Shown: piece by piece, positions 38,297 through 48,652 of the stretch | How the letters are laid out: the number at the start of each line of letters is the position of its first letter | Position numbering within the stretch: position 1 is the first letter of the stretch | DNA from: Schmidtea polychroa | Lineage: Eukaryota | Direction of reading: 5' to 3' | NCBI GenBank assembly: GCA_044892525.1 | Contig: CM097888.1 | Location: 88,660,001 to 88,724,000, forward strand | Length of the DNA: 64,000 bases | Notes under the pieces: model-generated | Database searches by the model: none | What the model saw: only the letters and a program-made list of their open reading frames with translations | Told to the model about the DNA's origin: nothing | Position numbers and translations under genes: made by a program

Positions 38297-39685
38297 TTTC
38301 AATATTGTATATATAATATGATTCATATAATTTCTCTTCAGGACTCTAAATATGATGACATGATCAACTTTTGTTTCATATGTAGTCGGAGCAGTTATGA
38401 ATTTGAGACTNNNNNNNNNNNNNNNNNNNNNNNNNNNNNNNNNNNNNNNNNNNNNNNNNNNNNNNNNNNNNNNNNNNNNNNNNNNNNNNNNNNNNNNNNN
38501 NNNNNNNNNNNNNNNNNNNNNNNNNNNNNNNNNNNNNNNNNNNNNNNNNNNNNNNNNNNNNNNNNNNNNNNNNNNNNNNNNNNNNNNNNNNNNNNNNNNN
38601 NNNNNNNNNNNNNNNNNNNNNNNNNNNNNNNNNNNNNNNNNNNNNNNNNNNNNNNNNNNNNNNNNNNNNNNNNNNNNNNNNNNNNNNNNNNNNNNNNNNN
38701 NNNNNNNNNNNNNNNNNNNNNNNNNNNNNNNNNNNNAATAGCTGGAGAACATTTTTTCTATTTTATTCATGACCCAAGTGGGCCACTTTTAGAATTCGAC
38801 GCGTCCTCCAGAACTAGAAATTGAATAAAATTTGTTTATTAGCTACCTGGCACATTTAGATGATGAAAGAAATTTCCTCATAACATTGACTATCATAGAA
38901 GAACGATAATCCAAATTAAGGAAACTATTCTAAAGATATTAACTTGATATAAGACATACGTGATATTATTAGCAAAATACTTTCTTATGGAAATAGGTTA
39001 ATAGACAGCCATTTGAGCCTTGAATAAAGTGAATACTAAATGTATACTATAAAACAGAAAATACACATGCCTGATTGTCTGTCTGTCACCTAAACGGTGA
39101 AAAGTAGCGGCATGATCTTTACACATGTCATTCTAGTTGCCATTTCTAGATCAACTGTGCTATTTTCAACTTTTACCCGCTCAAAATCTCAAGCTTAAAG
39201 TTGACGGAGCGAAAAATATAACATTCATAACATTCAGCAATTTTAAAATCCATGCCCATTTTGTTGTGTATATGATTGTTAGATTAAGTCACCCCTTACG
39301 CAATTAGCAATTAAGTATTTAATCCTTGCATTAATTAGATAAATATTATTTTCATTTTCACAGGGATTTAGATATCACATTCTAAAGGAGCACAACATGT
39401 GGGCATATCTATACTATATGATCGCATTGAGATCTATGAAGATTAGTGACTACACCGCCCTCCAGTGGCATGTCCATAAAATGGTAGTCACCTACTTTTT
39501 ATATATCATTCATTAGTCTTTTCCAGTATAAATCAAAAAATCTAGATTTCTATCCGATTGACAGAGCTCTAGCGTTAACCAGGAATGAAGAATTAACGGA
39601 GGACGAAAAACTGAAAGAAACAAGTGAAATGTTGATGTCAATAATTGACGAAATTGACACTAATGTAATTTATAATAATTTTTAA
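97..39685 (+). CDS. ITPR: Divergent IP3 receptor / Ca2+ release channel gene, multi-exon, 5' part outside the window
   Basis: Manually spliced exons follow the ITPR domain order: RIH region, RIH-associated (LQSLCEGQFLKLQ / DYMRVQEDNPKSFNLV), TM region, TM6 (LNIIAGIIVDKF), C-terminal CFIC and EHNMW motifs. Phases agree at most junctions checked; some exons are probably hidden in N-runs. Confidence 0.9.
677..779 (+). CDS. ITPR: ITPR exon, start in gap (LTHYKYDSLLHKSLLFIAKFFSSQETVF)
   Basis: Resembles ITPR [27 protein letters not shown]; GTAAG donor at 780. Confidence 0.75.
830..1192 (+). CDS. ITPR: Two or more ITPR exons (ITYDKDSDSWLKMIQDF...; ...YLLSNLDIVDILFKVFEKE)
   Basis: Acceptors at 829 and 1029, donor at 1193; internal boundaries not resolved. 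Confidence 0.55.
1660..1818 (-). mobile_element. Possible GIY-YIG C-terminal relic
   Basis: HFDILG...LFVQALIIKSL resembles the EALLIKSL motif at 62478. Confidence 0.35.
2133..2255 (-). pseudogene. Actin-like 5' fragment
   Basis: MEKDITFPVIDNGLGICKA resembles actin VIDNGSGMCKA; decays after about 40 codons. Confidence 0.6.
2476..2496 (-). promoter_or_regulatory. 21-bp motif TGTGTGCGCACACAGACGCGG upstream of the actin-like start
   Basis: Identical at 2476, 6531 and 43546; function inferred. Confidence 0.45.
2920..3078 (+). repeat. Hairpin element with about 66-bp arms and a family B hammerhead core (2985-3009) as its loop
   Basis: 2920-2985 pairs with 3013-3078; loop UGAAAAAGGCAGUGCCGAAAAUUCGUG. 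Confidence 0.8.
3219..3613 (+). CDS. ITPR: ITPR exon, RIH-like region
   Basis: ORF 3234..3617; QNILFNRLDLI...VIFADREDL matches the QNQALLHKHINLF...HIFMNN pattern; AG and GTAAG boundaries. Confidence 0.8.
3854..4456 (-). mobile_element. Non-autonomous Helitron-like element, family H1
   Basis: Minus strand starts TCTTATATATAAT and ends in a GC-rich segment plus CTAG|T; paralog at 35444-36544. Confidence 0.65.
4690..4774 (+). CDS. ITPR: ITPR exon (LDLFSKVDDSPEKMFYLRLLYLIGVAGE)
   Basis: Phase-compatible with 3613 and 7710; resembles SPLMYHIHLVELLAVCTEG. Confidence 0.75.
5087..5377 (+). mobile_element. Non-autonomous Helitron, family H2
   Basis: A|TCTCTCTATATATAAAA ... GCGAAGCGAACAGAGGCAGAGCCCCTAG|T. 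Confidence 0.8.
6531..6551 (+). promoter_or_regulatory. Same 21-bp motif upstream of the RNF-like start
   Basis: About 100 bp before ATG 6650. Confidence 0.45.
6650..7130 (+). pseudogene. Second RNF115/RNF126-like pseudogene
   Basis: Paralog of 42830-43375; 1-nt deletion near 6866, internal deletion, in-frame TAG; SICLTDYEVADEVYKLPCQH remnant. Confidence 0.8.
7160..7615 (-). mobile_element. Decayed Penelope 3' end (GIY-YIG C-terminus-like, possible hammerhead relic at 7160-7197)
   Basis: CHITILDIRIL...YFIVKLVQ...PALLLF; downstream CUGAAAA...GUUC-GAAA-UAUAUA. Confidence 0.4.
7710..7888 (+). CDS. ITPR: ITPR exon (MGLEFVESFGQTVLSLDNCLNLF...FVSEIYIKSE)
   Basis: TTTTCAG acceptor, GTAAGT donor; resembles SLLPLDDIVRVV...FLNHCYVDTE. 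Confidence 0.8.
10981..11421 (+). pseudogene. Decayed 18S rRNA 5'-region fragment
   Basis: TTTATTAGTTCAAAACCAAC, TATCAACTTTCG, TTTGATTCCGAAGA, GAGGTAGTGACGATAAATAACAAT, GTTGCAGTTAAAAA in the correct order. Confidence 0.85.
11605..11721 (+). CDS. ITPR: Probable ITPR exon (SFWNVIESIKETNVKWLDKLKQMSPQYQYDVLLAIRDAE)
   Basis: Polypyrimidine tract and AG, open frame, GTAAG donor. Confidence 0.6.
12048..12207 (-). mobile_element. Second H2 Helitron copy, both ends in gaps
   Basis: Reverse complement of 5095-5357. Confidence 0.75.
12434..12923 (+). CDS. ITPR: Two ITPR exons (12434-12488; 12530-12923)
   Basis: 41-nt GT-AG intron joins PDYLYMSWLMDGVIPFMT to ORF 12536..12934 in frame. Confidence 0.7.
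13965..14119. repeat. Fold-back of two decayed family A hammerhead and pseudo-LTR ends
   Basis: Palindrome centred at 14039/14040 (GTCAA|TTGAC); arms match 32047-32125. Confidence 0.8.
14165..14345 (+). repeat. Dispersed repeat, inverted copy at about 52487-52668
   Basis: Direct reverse-complement comparison (GCAACATGGCATACTAG, ATAAAATGCACACTA). Confidence 0.75.
14691..14768. repeat. (AAT)n microsatellite; similar tracts at about 19665-19736 and 39969-40053; (AT)n at about 38249-38292 and 45131-45194
   Basis: Directly visible. Confidence 0.95.
15148..15589 (+). mobile_element. Decayed Penelope-like linker plus GIY-YIG fragment
   Basis: YQFTCNGCNATNIGKTSRHLCIQAREH; paralog at 51243-51693. 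Confidence 0.8.
16919..17110. mobile_element. piggyBac-like MITE
   Basis: (A)TAA|CCTTTTGGAGTC ... GACTCCAAAGGG|TTAA. Confidence 0.65.
18222..18448. mobile_element. Decayed hAT-like MITE; related end at about 63833-63881
   Basis: Shared TATTTTCC.GAAAATTTGGCCC...CTAGGC segment. Confidence 0.45.
19747..21277 (+). CDS. ITPR: Six ITPR exons (19747-19885, 19932-20105, 20557-20713, 20769-20866, 20917-21001, 21161-21277)
   Basis: Continuous phases; LPLGEEFQ, VELFAFLKVLFFNASTYVQ, LMQVLQSLCEGQFLKLQ (RIH-associated domain). Confidence 0.8.
20271..20468. mobile_element. hAT-type MITE
   Basis: TIR CAGTGGTGAGCTATA / TATAGCTCACCTCTT; 8-bp TSD GGTACAAT / GGTAGAAT. Confidence 0.7.
22624..24225 (+). CDS. 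ITPR: Four ITPR exons (22624-22773, 22816-23001, 23658-24011, 24062-24225)
   Basis: DYMRVQEDNPKSFNLV, GNQENR, SIEIIKDDCVQRVHF, SKVRDF match ITPR motifs LRCQNNKTNYNLV, HENQN, QIEIVRLDRTMEQIVF, SKINDF. Confidence 0.85.
24541..24650. repeat. Minisatellite, about 41-bp unit, about 2.5 copies
   Basis: CATACAAACACAC...CAGTAATGT.ACAGT repeated. Confidence 0.7.
25291..25488. mobile_element. Possible piggyBac-like MITE
   Basis: TTAA|TCCATTAC ... GTTAATGGG|TTAA. Confidence 0.4.
27669..27785 (+). CDS. ITPR: ITPR exon, first TM helix (YLWNYLPILLSLVLNIMMLLSF)
   Basis: Phase 2 join to 24225 restores W; hydrophobic helix. Confidence 0.7.
29824..29862 (-). ncRNA. Hammerhead family A, mirror copy in the inverted pseudo-LTR
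   Basis: Exact reverse complement of 32043-32081. Confidence 0.75.
30482..31627 (+). CDS. Penelope-like retroelement ORF, 5'-truncated RT plus GIY-YIG endonuclease
   Basis: KQVKGLPMGSSIS, YARYVDD, LNLLDL, then IVYCITCNVCNEIYIGST...QRVKEH and RIKEAILI...PKIN. Confidence 0.95.
   Translation: MLIKEMNTENITKLLTVILENTYFTFEQNIYKQVKGLPMGSSISGLLAIIFMDNLERQTLRTIQPIGFYARYVDDIFILTKNRKEAEEIFHSFNAAHQDIKFEIEYPEEDGSLNLLDLRIKIEENTPTYGFYRKPARKEIFMHQRSALPYLQKVHVIRNEKRRIANRCTEKNENFKEQSNFNKTLHRNGYQGEDIEKMNSTPRRSRELTQKNQKYFYLNIPFISDILDFKILKELKRTGLPIRIAHKSWTLRRALAGNINRENNCTMKNCQTPKDMCFRKNIVYCITCNVCNEIYIGSTLRTLHQRVKEHLDPGGTSSLGRHLRQCQPTEERKNISIEIIANGNIQKKNVRIKEAILIINRQPKINTKEEINEIMNLICCH
32043..32081 (+). ncRNA. 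Predicted minimal hammerhead ribozyme, family A (U3-A8 core)
   Basis: GAGA-UUGACAA-G-GACUAU(CGU)AUAGUC-GAAA-AUUC-UUUC; located in the Penelope 3' pseudo-LTR. Confidence 0.75.
33725..33793 (+). CDS. ITPR: Possible ITPR exon (ANPNSRLVSRFWLSSAGFSLRAR)
   Basis: CAG acceptor, CAG|GTAAGTAT donor, phase fits acceptor 34656; overlaps an antisense hammerhead candidate, so uncertain. Confidence 0.4.
33729..33778 (-). ncRNA. Candidate hammerhead, family D (canonical core)
   Basis: CUGAUGA-GAG(CCAAAAU)CUC-GAAA-CUAGUC; palindromic ACUAGU stem III; stem I is weak or bulged. Confidence 0.5.
34657..35192 (+). CDS. ITPR: Two ITPR TM and pore exons (34657-34955; 35014-35192)
   Basis: YYFLFFLSSLLG, AFHLINI, luminal CDTLGHC, pore helix; 58-nt intron. 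Confidence 0.85.
35444..36544 (-). mobile_element. Helitron-like H1 copy containing the 18S fragment
   Basis: A|TC ... CTAG|T termini; colinear with 3854-4456 on both sides of the rRNA insert. Confidence 0.7.
35975..36327 (+). pseudogene. Decayed 18S rRNA 3' fragment
   Basis: CTTCTTAGAGG, AATAACAAGTCGGTGATG, TGTACACACCGCCCGTCGCTACTACCGATTG, AAAGTCGTAACAA. Confidence 0.92.
36778..36933 (+). CDS. ITPR: ITPR exon, TM6 (IIVAIIMLNIIAGIIVDKFATARNLK)
   Basis: Matches [20 protein letters not shown]; AG and GT boundaries, phase 0. Confidence 0.85.
38342..38410 (+). CDS. ITPR: ITPR exon running into gap (DSKYDDMINFCFICSRSSYEFET)
   Basis: CFIC zinc-finger half motif. Confidence 0.85.
39364..39685 (+). 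CDS. ITPR: ITPR C-terminal exons (39364-39483; 39527-39664 or stop at 39685)
   Basis: GFRYHILKEHNMWAYLYYM and KNLDFYPIDRALAL match EHNMWHYLCF and NLDWFPRMRAMSL. Confidence 0.85.
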
Positions 39686-39967
39686 TACCTAGATAATGTA
39701 ATTAATTGTATTAATAATTAATTTGTATTAATTTTTACTAACATTAAATAACAATAAATAAAAAAGATCTACTAATATAAGCAGAATATTAGACTATCAT
39801 ATGTAGCATTGTGATAAATAATAATCAATGACATAATCTGAGGACTATCAACATCAATCAATCAAGCATGGATCCATTCATACAGATTAATCATGCGGGT
39901 CCACATAACATAATATGGGAGAATGGAAATCAAATATCCCAATACAATTACATGACAACATTACAAC

Positions 39968-40054
<87 letters not shown>

Positions 40055-42134
40055 TATTCTGTATAATATTTTGATTATTTATGAATAATAAATGCTATAA
40101 ACTAAATTGATAATAACAAGTTTTAAATGTGTTGATAATTTTTTACAAAGAAATGTTTCGTTATTTTTCTCTACCCTTTCCTTTGCAAAGGATATCACGT
40201 AAAATATAGCGCATTAATTTCCCACATGATTATAATCCTCTCTTTGTCAACATAAACACGGTCACTAATAAGGCTGACATAACTTTTATTTTTACTTCTT
40301 TTACTAATGCATTTGCTAATGGATTTATTCAGTTTTATAATTCAATTATTATGTGAATAAATTCTTAGATATAGAATTAGGACGCGTCCCCCTCATATAT
40401 TATGTAATATTTTCTTTTTCAAGTGTTATTTTTATCAATTTAAAGAATGACTTGTCATTAGGGGTTTCGCATTTCTAATTTATATGTAAACTTGATTTTA
40501 GTTAATTATAAACAGAAAGTAATAGAAAATGAAAACAAACGGAGTTGTAACTCGATTCGATTTAAATGCATATAAAAGGTTTTTATTTTTGATGAATGAG
40601 AGTTTGGAGGCATATCTTTGTAAGCGGATTTTCCCATTAGCCTGTATTATCGGTATATGAGAAGTCGGTTTATGATTCGGTTGAGGAAATTTTAAAACGG
40701 CCATAAAGTATTTTTTGGAATATAAAAACTTATGTTATAGAAACACACAAACGTAGCTGTGTGTGTTGATTTTTAATGTTGAATGGATTAATATCATTTA
40801 GCATAGAAATTGAGAAAGTGATAGAAAAAGTAACTTTAACACACAAACACAACAAAAAAGATGCATGTAAACTTTTTATAGGTAAAATATTGCATGGAAA
40901 TAAATCATGAAAATAAAGAAAAATAATTTAAAGACGAAATTTATTTTAAATGATTATTATGAGAACCGAAAAAATAATTTAGTTTATTTATAAAAAAAAC
41001 TATAAAAATTCAATATAAAACCTTAAAAAGTTATTGATTCATAAAAATTCATAAAATTATGACTCATCAATTGGTTTGCACACAAAACTGTAGTATAGAT
41101 ATTATTATTGCATACCTGCAAATATATAGCTGTTATTATTCCATACAAACAGATGTATAGCTGTCACTATTTCATGCAAATATGAATAGATGTATGTAAA
41201 CCATAGGGCTAATTGGGCTACAAGATGGTGAAATTTAATTGCTTTTTTTTAATTTAAAAAAAAACTAATTTTCTTTATATTTAGCGTAAGTTAGTAATGT
41301 GTTTAATGTTATATTTTTTCTCATCCATATAAACCATGTATGCTAATGACCTAACTTCTATAAAGATTAAATTCGACTTTGATTACATTTTAAAGAATTT
41401 TTGAAAATAAAATTGAATTTTTATAATAAAAGTATGTTGGGGTGCAAAATTTTATTTAGCCCAGGGCGCTCAAACTTATTAATACGGCCATGGATTGCAT
41501 TAGTTACTTATTGTTTATCTCAAGTTAGGTATGCTTCTGTGATTTCTTTCATAATCTTTGAAAAAATTTCTTCGGATCATAATTGTTTTATCTTTAAATT
41601 TCGCGTATAGATTCAGTCTGCACCTTTGATTTTTTTACATTGGACAACAATTGTTTTATATCGTGGCTCATTTATTGTTTACCCCTTCCATCGTAGGGTT
41701 TCCTTGAATATTTGCAAAGATTTCAACTTTTCCACTTTGAAATACTCACATTAAAGCCTCCCTCTCCACTTATGGGTACTAATGTCATTATGAAACCTTT
41801 TATAAATGTTTATATGAAGTAAACCAATTTCAATTTGACCAAAGAATTATGGTAAATTATAACTGGCACACTTGAAAGAAGAAAATATCTTTGTGACCAA
41901 GATTTTCGGATATGTTTATGTTATATTAATAAATATTTGACCCCTCCCCCTTTTGAAGTGTCATTCAAGCAACTTTTGACTCTTTCATTCTTCACTTGGT
42001 TGTGTTATTGATTTATTTTGCTTTGACCCCTGGGTTGAATACCATTAAATTATAGAATTACTTCTTCCAAAAATTTATATTTTGTATTTACAAAGAAAAG
42101 TCTAACTAAATTTACTAACGAAAATTTCGTTCAG

Positions 42135-42323
42135 AAATTACAGCGCGAACAAATGAATAGAAAGCAGAGACAGGAGAAATGGAAGAAAGAAGCTCTGGGT
42201 GACGGTGAAAATACTTTAAAAATAGAAACTACTGAAAGAATCAACCTATACAATAAAAACCCTTCCATATCTATTGACTACCGCCAAATAGATCCAGCAT
42301 TTGAAGATTTATTTATCGAAGAG
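42135..42323 (+). CDS. Isolated probable exon of an unidentified charged protein
   Basis: TTCAG acceptor, 63 open codons (KLQREQMNRKQRQEKWKK...DPAFEDLFIEE), GTAAAC donor. Confidence 0.45.
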
Positions 42324-42829
42324 GTAAACTTTTTACATTTTTATTAAGCATATGTGGTAAATGAAACCTTTAAACGGATAAAACTAATTATTTCTAATTT
42401 TATTTGTCCTATGTTTAAATCATTTACGTCTTTTCAAGACTGTTAAAGTATTTTTCGAATGTCCGAATGAAATATTTTACAATTAATTCCAAGAATTAAC
42501 TGAGAATAAAAGATGGCTTTACTCTTATATTTACGTATACAAGGTTCCTTAACAGCCGGGATTCTTTAGTTTACAAGTAACGAGATTTTTTTTGTTTAAA
42601 TGAGCTTAACAAAACATTTTACATTTTATTATTGTTCCCTTTTTATTTTCCATTGATTATGTTTTGGTTACAAGTTGACTTACTTTTTCAGAAATACGTA
42701 TTTTACATTATATATCTATGATAGAAATTAAAATATAAATAAAGTATCCAATCAGTCTCAAATAAAAAATTATTTCAAATCACTGACTGATTTAGAAATT
42801 AATAAAAATCTAATATTCAAACAACTTGT

Positions 42830-43375
42830 TCTCAACCTTTTCTGGTTATCGTCCACGTTTCTCGACGGAGCAACTCGTACACTTCATCGGCCACCTCATA
42901 ATCTGACAAACAAATGGAACCTGTATCATTTTTTTTTCTTGACTTGACATTTCTCAATTTCTGCCTCATTTGCTGGTGGAGGACCACTCTGTTCAAATTG
43001 ATTCATAATACTCGTTACAAAATTGTCGAAACTTTGATCTGAATATATGTAATCTGACGAATCTGATCTAAAATCCAGCGGCAGCAATCCACCAAATAAA
43101 TTTGATATTAATTGGCCAAAAACACTATTTCTGTTATCAGGATCTCTTGGAGTCATAAAAAAGGAACCATCAGTTTCGTTTGTAGTACTTCCAACAGGAA
43201 CATGACGAATAATATGAAAAACATTCAAGGCATCATCATCATTTTCCATTGAGCTATCATGAATAATTCTTTCAATAAATCCATCATTGCACGTCACACA
43301 TTTACCATCCTGACATATGTGAACGTCCCTGTTGCATTTAAGATAATAGTAATCATCTGTATTAATCACATCCAT
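42830..43375 (-). pseudogene. RNF115/RNF126-like zinc finger plus RING E3 ligase pseudogene
   Basis: YYCLKC-like N-terminus (CNRDVH...CVTCNDGFIE), SFDNFVTSIMNQFEQSGPPPA; RING broken by an A-run frameshift. Confidence 0.75.
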
Positions 43376-43545
43376 TGAAGCAATGTACAAAAATTTATTC
43401 TCAAAACAAATCTTTTCCAGAATATCAATTTTCAAATACAACTCTCACCAAAATCCTTTTTAAAACAACGTCCAAAAAATCCAAGATTTTTACAACCAAA
43501 ATTCCAAATCGATCAAAATCCTCAAATAATAATAATCACAATAGT

Positions 43546-43566
43546 CCGCGTCTGTGTGCGCACACA
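43546..43566 (-). promoter_or_regulatory. Same 21-bp motif upstream of the RNF-like start
   Basis: About 170 bp before ATG 43375. Confidence 0.45.
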
Positions 43567-45128
43567 AAAGACTCCAAAAGCCAGTACAAAGCGCACACTG
43601 ACGCGACAAACTAGTAATTAACCAAATATTCTAATTCTAATATGCTAATTATCTAATAATATTCTAGTCTAATCATAATTATTCTAATTATCTAATTACT
43701 TTGAATTAATTATTAAATTCATTTTATTCACTTTGAAAAATAGAAAACAATAAAAAATTATATCAATTGAATAAATTCGCTTTTAATAAAATAGCTCTTA
43801 TTATAAATTATTAAAATTATTATTATTATTAATTATAAAAATTATTATTAATTATTAAAATATTATAAATTTTTCTGTAACTTATTTATCCGGAATCACT
43901 GATTAAAACAAAATATTTTTGAAGTATAATAATTAACATATTTCTATTATTTTAATAGAACAATAAAAAGAATTGAAATCATTAAAATCAAAATATTACT
44001 TTTGTATTTTGTTTACATTTAAACACATTTTTCTATTTTGATTTTTAATAAACTAATAAATTAAAAATTCAAATCCTTTACTACTGACAAGTGTCAAAAT
44101 CCACATAAAATTTATTCGAATTATTTGCATCTCCCTCTAGGAAAGAGCTTGACCAATAATGTGAAAAAATAATGAAAATAAAAACAAATTTAAAAACACA
44201 AATCACATTGAGCAGAGTAATTTCAAAAAGTGGATCATGTGGAAATTTTACTGATCACTTTGTTGATGGTTAATAAATCCCATCTATCGAGAAAATAATT
44301 GGGAAATATTTTTAATAATTTTTTTTTATTAAATTTTCAGAGAAAATCTTTATAAATTTATTATGAAGTTTTGCAAAACTACCAATAAATTTTATATCAT
44401 ACACTATTTTGAAATTATATAATTATTTTGTTTTAAACGCGATTCATTTTCCGGACTCATTCTATCACAAATGGAATGCTAAATTTATTAATAGATTTGT
44501 CGCCCCCAAAGGTTTTGATAACTTGACTTTTAGTACACTTTCACTTCTAACAAATTGTTTCATTGTTGAACAGGAAATACGGCTCTTATTTTGTTGTTGT
44601 TTCGTGAGAAATTGGCGTTTTTTTANNNNNNNNNNNNNNNNNNNNNNNNNNNNNNNNNNNNNNNNNNNNNNNNNNNNNNNNNNNNNNNNNNNNNNNNNNN
44701 NNNNNNNNNNNNNNNNNNNNNNNNNNNNNNNNNNNNNNNNNNNNNNNNNNNNNNNNNNNNNNNNNNNNNNNNNNNNNNNNNNNNNNNNNNNNNNNNNNNN
44801 NNNNNNNNNNNNNNNNNNNNNNNNNNNNNNNNNNNNNNNNNNNNNNNNNNNNNCTAATCTTTTTGAATAAATCTTAATAAAAAACACAAAACCATACAGG
44901 GGCATTATCAAAATCATTGAAACAGAGTTAGCTCAAAATAAATATAAAAAACAAGCATTTACACAAATATAAATATTCAAAAAATAAATTAAAAAACATT
45001 TCCCCTCCTCACTATGATAATGCGGATTTGAGGGAACGTTTTCCCTATTTTGACAACGTTTATAAGAAATTGGAAAAAATCCTTAAAGTGTAAACTCTAG
45101 ACTCAATCTTAGTATCCAACATGCGTGT

Positions 45129-45195
<67 letters not shown>

Positions 45196-45555
45196 TGAAA
45201 ATATAAATGATAAAAACAAACTATTCATTAATTCGTGTTCAGATAATTACCTCCCAGACATAAATTTAATAATTTCTTATTCGCAATAATACCAATTTCC
45301 GATCTAGGCTCAACAGACAGGGAATTAGTAAACAATTATGATCTGGGAAACTCTCAATTGAGAGTGAAATTTCATAGAATAAACAATTTATTTATTTATT
45401 TGAAATATAACAAAGTATATAATGGAATAATTGTAATAATATATATATATATATATATATATATTCTTCAGTTTTCACCATTGATTTGTTTTCAATTGAC
45501 ATTTATTAAAAGGCTTGACAATGAATCAGTAAATATGTCGATGTGTTTTTGATAT

Positions 45556-45588
45556 TCACGAATTTTCGGCACTGCCTTTTTCAAGTGA
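45556..45588 (-). ncRNA. Predicted minimal hammerhead ribozyme, family B (U3-A8 core), intact
   Basis: UCAC-UUGAAAA-A-GGC(AGU)GCC-GAAA-AUUC-GUGA. Confidence 0.7.
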
Positions 45589-48500
45589 TTTTCAAGAAAA
45601 TAAAATCATATAAAATAATATCAGTAAATATATTAATTACAAGATAATTGAACTCAAAACCTGAATTACAATAAAATGTATACCATGCTATACCAATCAT
45701 AAACATCAAATAAACTTTTTATAAGATAGTAATATTTTAATAAAATTTTAATAAAGTAAATATTTCCCACAAAGCTACAAAACTTAATGAATAACTTTTT
45801 TTTTAATATTTCCTTCTCGCCTCAATTGTTGGTGTCTATGTGAGACATTCACAAATCACATTTGACTGGTATACCCTTTGGTCTAAAGGCATTGACCATC
45901 ACATTTAGTACACAAACCTTTCTACCTGCAAATGTGTCATTCAACCCAATCACATAATTCGAGCTATCGTACAACAATAAAATATATATAAAATATATAT
46001 AAAATATATATATAAAATATATTTTATTATAAGATATATTTAAAATAAAATTTCACAAATCTACTATTTTAAACTGCAATAATTATTCTAATGAAATTTT
46101 CTACAATTTATTCGACACTCATTTTGTTGTTTACTCTATCATGTTTTGCAATTATTTACCTTTTATTTGGATATCAAACTTTTCATTGGGAATGCATTCG
46201 TACATTACTATTTTAAAATTAGGAAATACTATTTATCTCGTCTAAAAAAGTCACATTATCATTTGACTTTANNNNNNNNNNNNNNNNNNNNNNNNNNNNN
46301 NNNNNNNNNNNNNNNNNNNNNNNNNNNNNNNNNNNNNNNNNNNNNNNNNNNNNNNNNNNNNNNNNNNNNNNNNNNNNNNNNNNNNNNNNNNNNNNNNNNN
46401 NNNNNNNNNNNNNNNNNNNNNNNNNNNNTAAAAATATAATAAAATATAAAATTAAGGACCTATTTTGCCCAAGTACGAATATCAATTCAATACCAACAAA
46501 TGTAAGTATTCTCATTCCTGGTGGTGTCATTGAAAGAATAATTATTTCCTAGATGATAACCTTCAATCCTCGAGAATCATTCAACGAAGATGATGAAAGA
46601 ACTGAAAATTTGAATCTCTAATCTGTCAAAAATTAACATTTCGAATCTCTTTTTGTCATATAATTATATTTCTTGATACAGTTGAAATGCAACTTGTAAC
46701 TTGGGTGATATTTTCCCCATTATTATTTTCATTTTTATTTTTGTTTATTACATTTTATTTTGTTAATCTCTCATTTGAGGATTTTCCTTACGTGCCAATT
46801 TGAAAGTGATTGGAAATTTAATATAGAATTTTGTAAAAAAATTACACAATCGACCCAAAATATACATTAATATTTTTTGGAAACCATTTATTTCGGGACA
46901 CAAATTTAATATGTAATAGTAAGACATAGAGGCAGACATTAAGACAAGACAAGCGACAAAATTACAATAACAATGTTTTGAGGGACAGGCCGGAAGAAAT
47001 TATTAAAGATTTTACAATTACGAATTCTAAGGTGATAAAATATAAAAAAAAAAATAAACCAATTTGTATACCTAAAGATTATAATAAAAGTTGCAAAAGC
47101 AATTGTATTCATCATATCCGGTAAGGAAAAGGTATATCATGTATCAATGTGTAACACGTTGCATTGTCGGACGAGTAAAAGAAAACGGATAGTAAACACA
47201 GACTGATATTAACCAAACTTTACTGAAATACACCTTTTACAATATAAGAAAAAAGTCAACAATGTTATAATATAGAAACATGATGTTATTCATTGCAAGT
47301 GCAATGTGATACACTTTACACTGTAGAAACTGAAAAAGTGTTATAAAAATTAAATACTGCACACAAACACAGCACATACTAAGATATGTATGCAAATTTA
47401 CAATATGCATTTATTACCCAATGAGATACACTCCTATAATAACTTTATCTAACTTTGACTATAAATTGCAAAAAATTGAGTTTCCGTGAAAATGAGGAAA
47501 TATTGTCGTAAGATTTATTTTAAAGTTAAAATTAATTTAGTATTTCCTTAGCATTTCAAACATTTCTGTCAAAGCCCTTCCATTTCGCGAAAGTGAAAAG
47601 ATAATATTTAAGATTAATTTATAAGTTATAATTAATATATAGATTAATTATTTTTTAAATAAATAATTGATCTAACTTACTTTTAATTGAAATATTTCCA
47701 CAAATAAAATAAAATACTTTCTGAAAATGTAAAAAAAATTAAAAATAAAATGAGTGAAAGCGATTGATTTATGAAAAAAATTATCTATTACGTTTAATTG
47801 TATTAGGAAGAGTATCTCAGTAGAGTTTGATGTGTATGCATTTGTCTAACTTACAATTGGCTGCAAGAACTCATTTGGTTGACCAATTACAAGTGTTAAC
47901 CACATTTTATGTGTTTATAGCAAATTCAATTTGGAAATGGTGTAATTTATTTATTTTTAGAACACAAATAAAAGTAATTTTTGTATTTATTTTTTGTTAA
48001 TTATCACTGGTGAATACTTTGTCAAAGGAAATATAGTTTTATATAAATATTGTTCATTGGTGTAGATCAGGTAAAGCTTTGTATATACCATGACACTAAT
48101 GAACAGATTGTCCAAACTAATAGTACAGAAAGAACCACTTTGAGGGTACTTGGGATTCAAAGCTTGAAAGAAATTTCCCCTGCTACTTTCAATTAAAAAT
48201 TGAAAATAAAAAATGTAAATTATATTGTTTGAAATGAAATAAAATTGAAATAAAAATACATTTAGGTAAATGAAGATGCGTTTTAGTAACATGAATTGAG
48301 ATTAATTAAATACAAATAAATGCAGGATATCATATTTCTATTGTCATTTGGTAAAAGATTATTTATTTTCTTAGTGACAATGGCTTACATCCCTAACAGG
48401 TATTATTATACCTATTATGCAATTGAAAGGGAAATATATATTAAAGAACTTCACTAGTCTAATTGGACCATGAGCTGTGACAAATATAGCTCTCCTTTGA

Positions 48501-48652
48501 AAATAATATAAATATAAAATCTATTGTAAATATTTATTCCAAAGCTTCTACGCTATGTACAATATTATCAAAAGGGAATTTAGTTAAATATAACTTAGTG
48601 ATTTGAATTTTAGCCAAATAGTCTTGGTAACAGCAACTAAGTAAAATTATTA

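Noticed and set aside
38738-38824. IAGEHFFYFIHDPSG... as the ITPR C-terminus
   Set aside because: The expected EHNMW exon is at 39364, so this segment is probably intronic.
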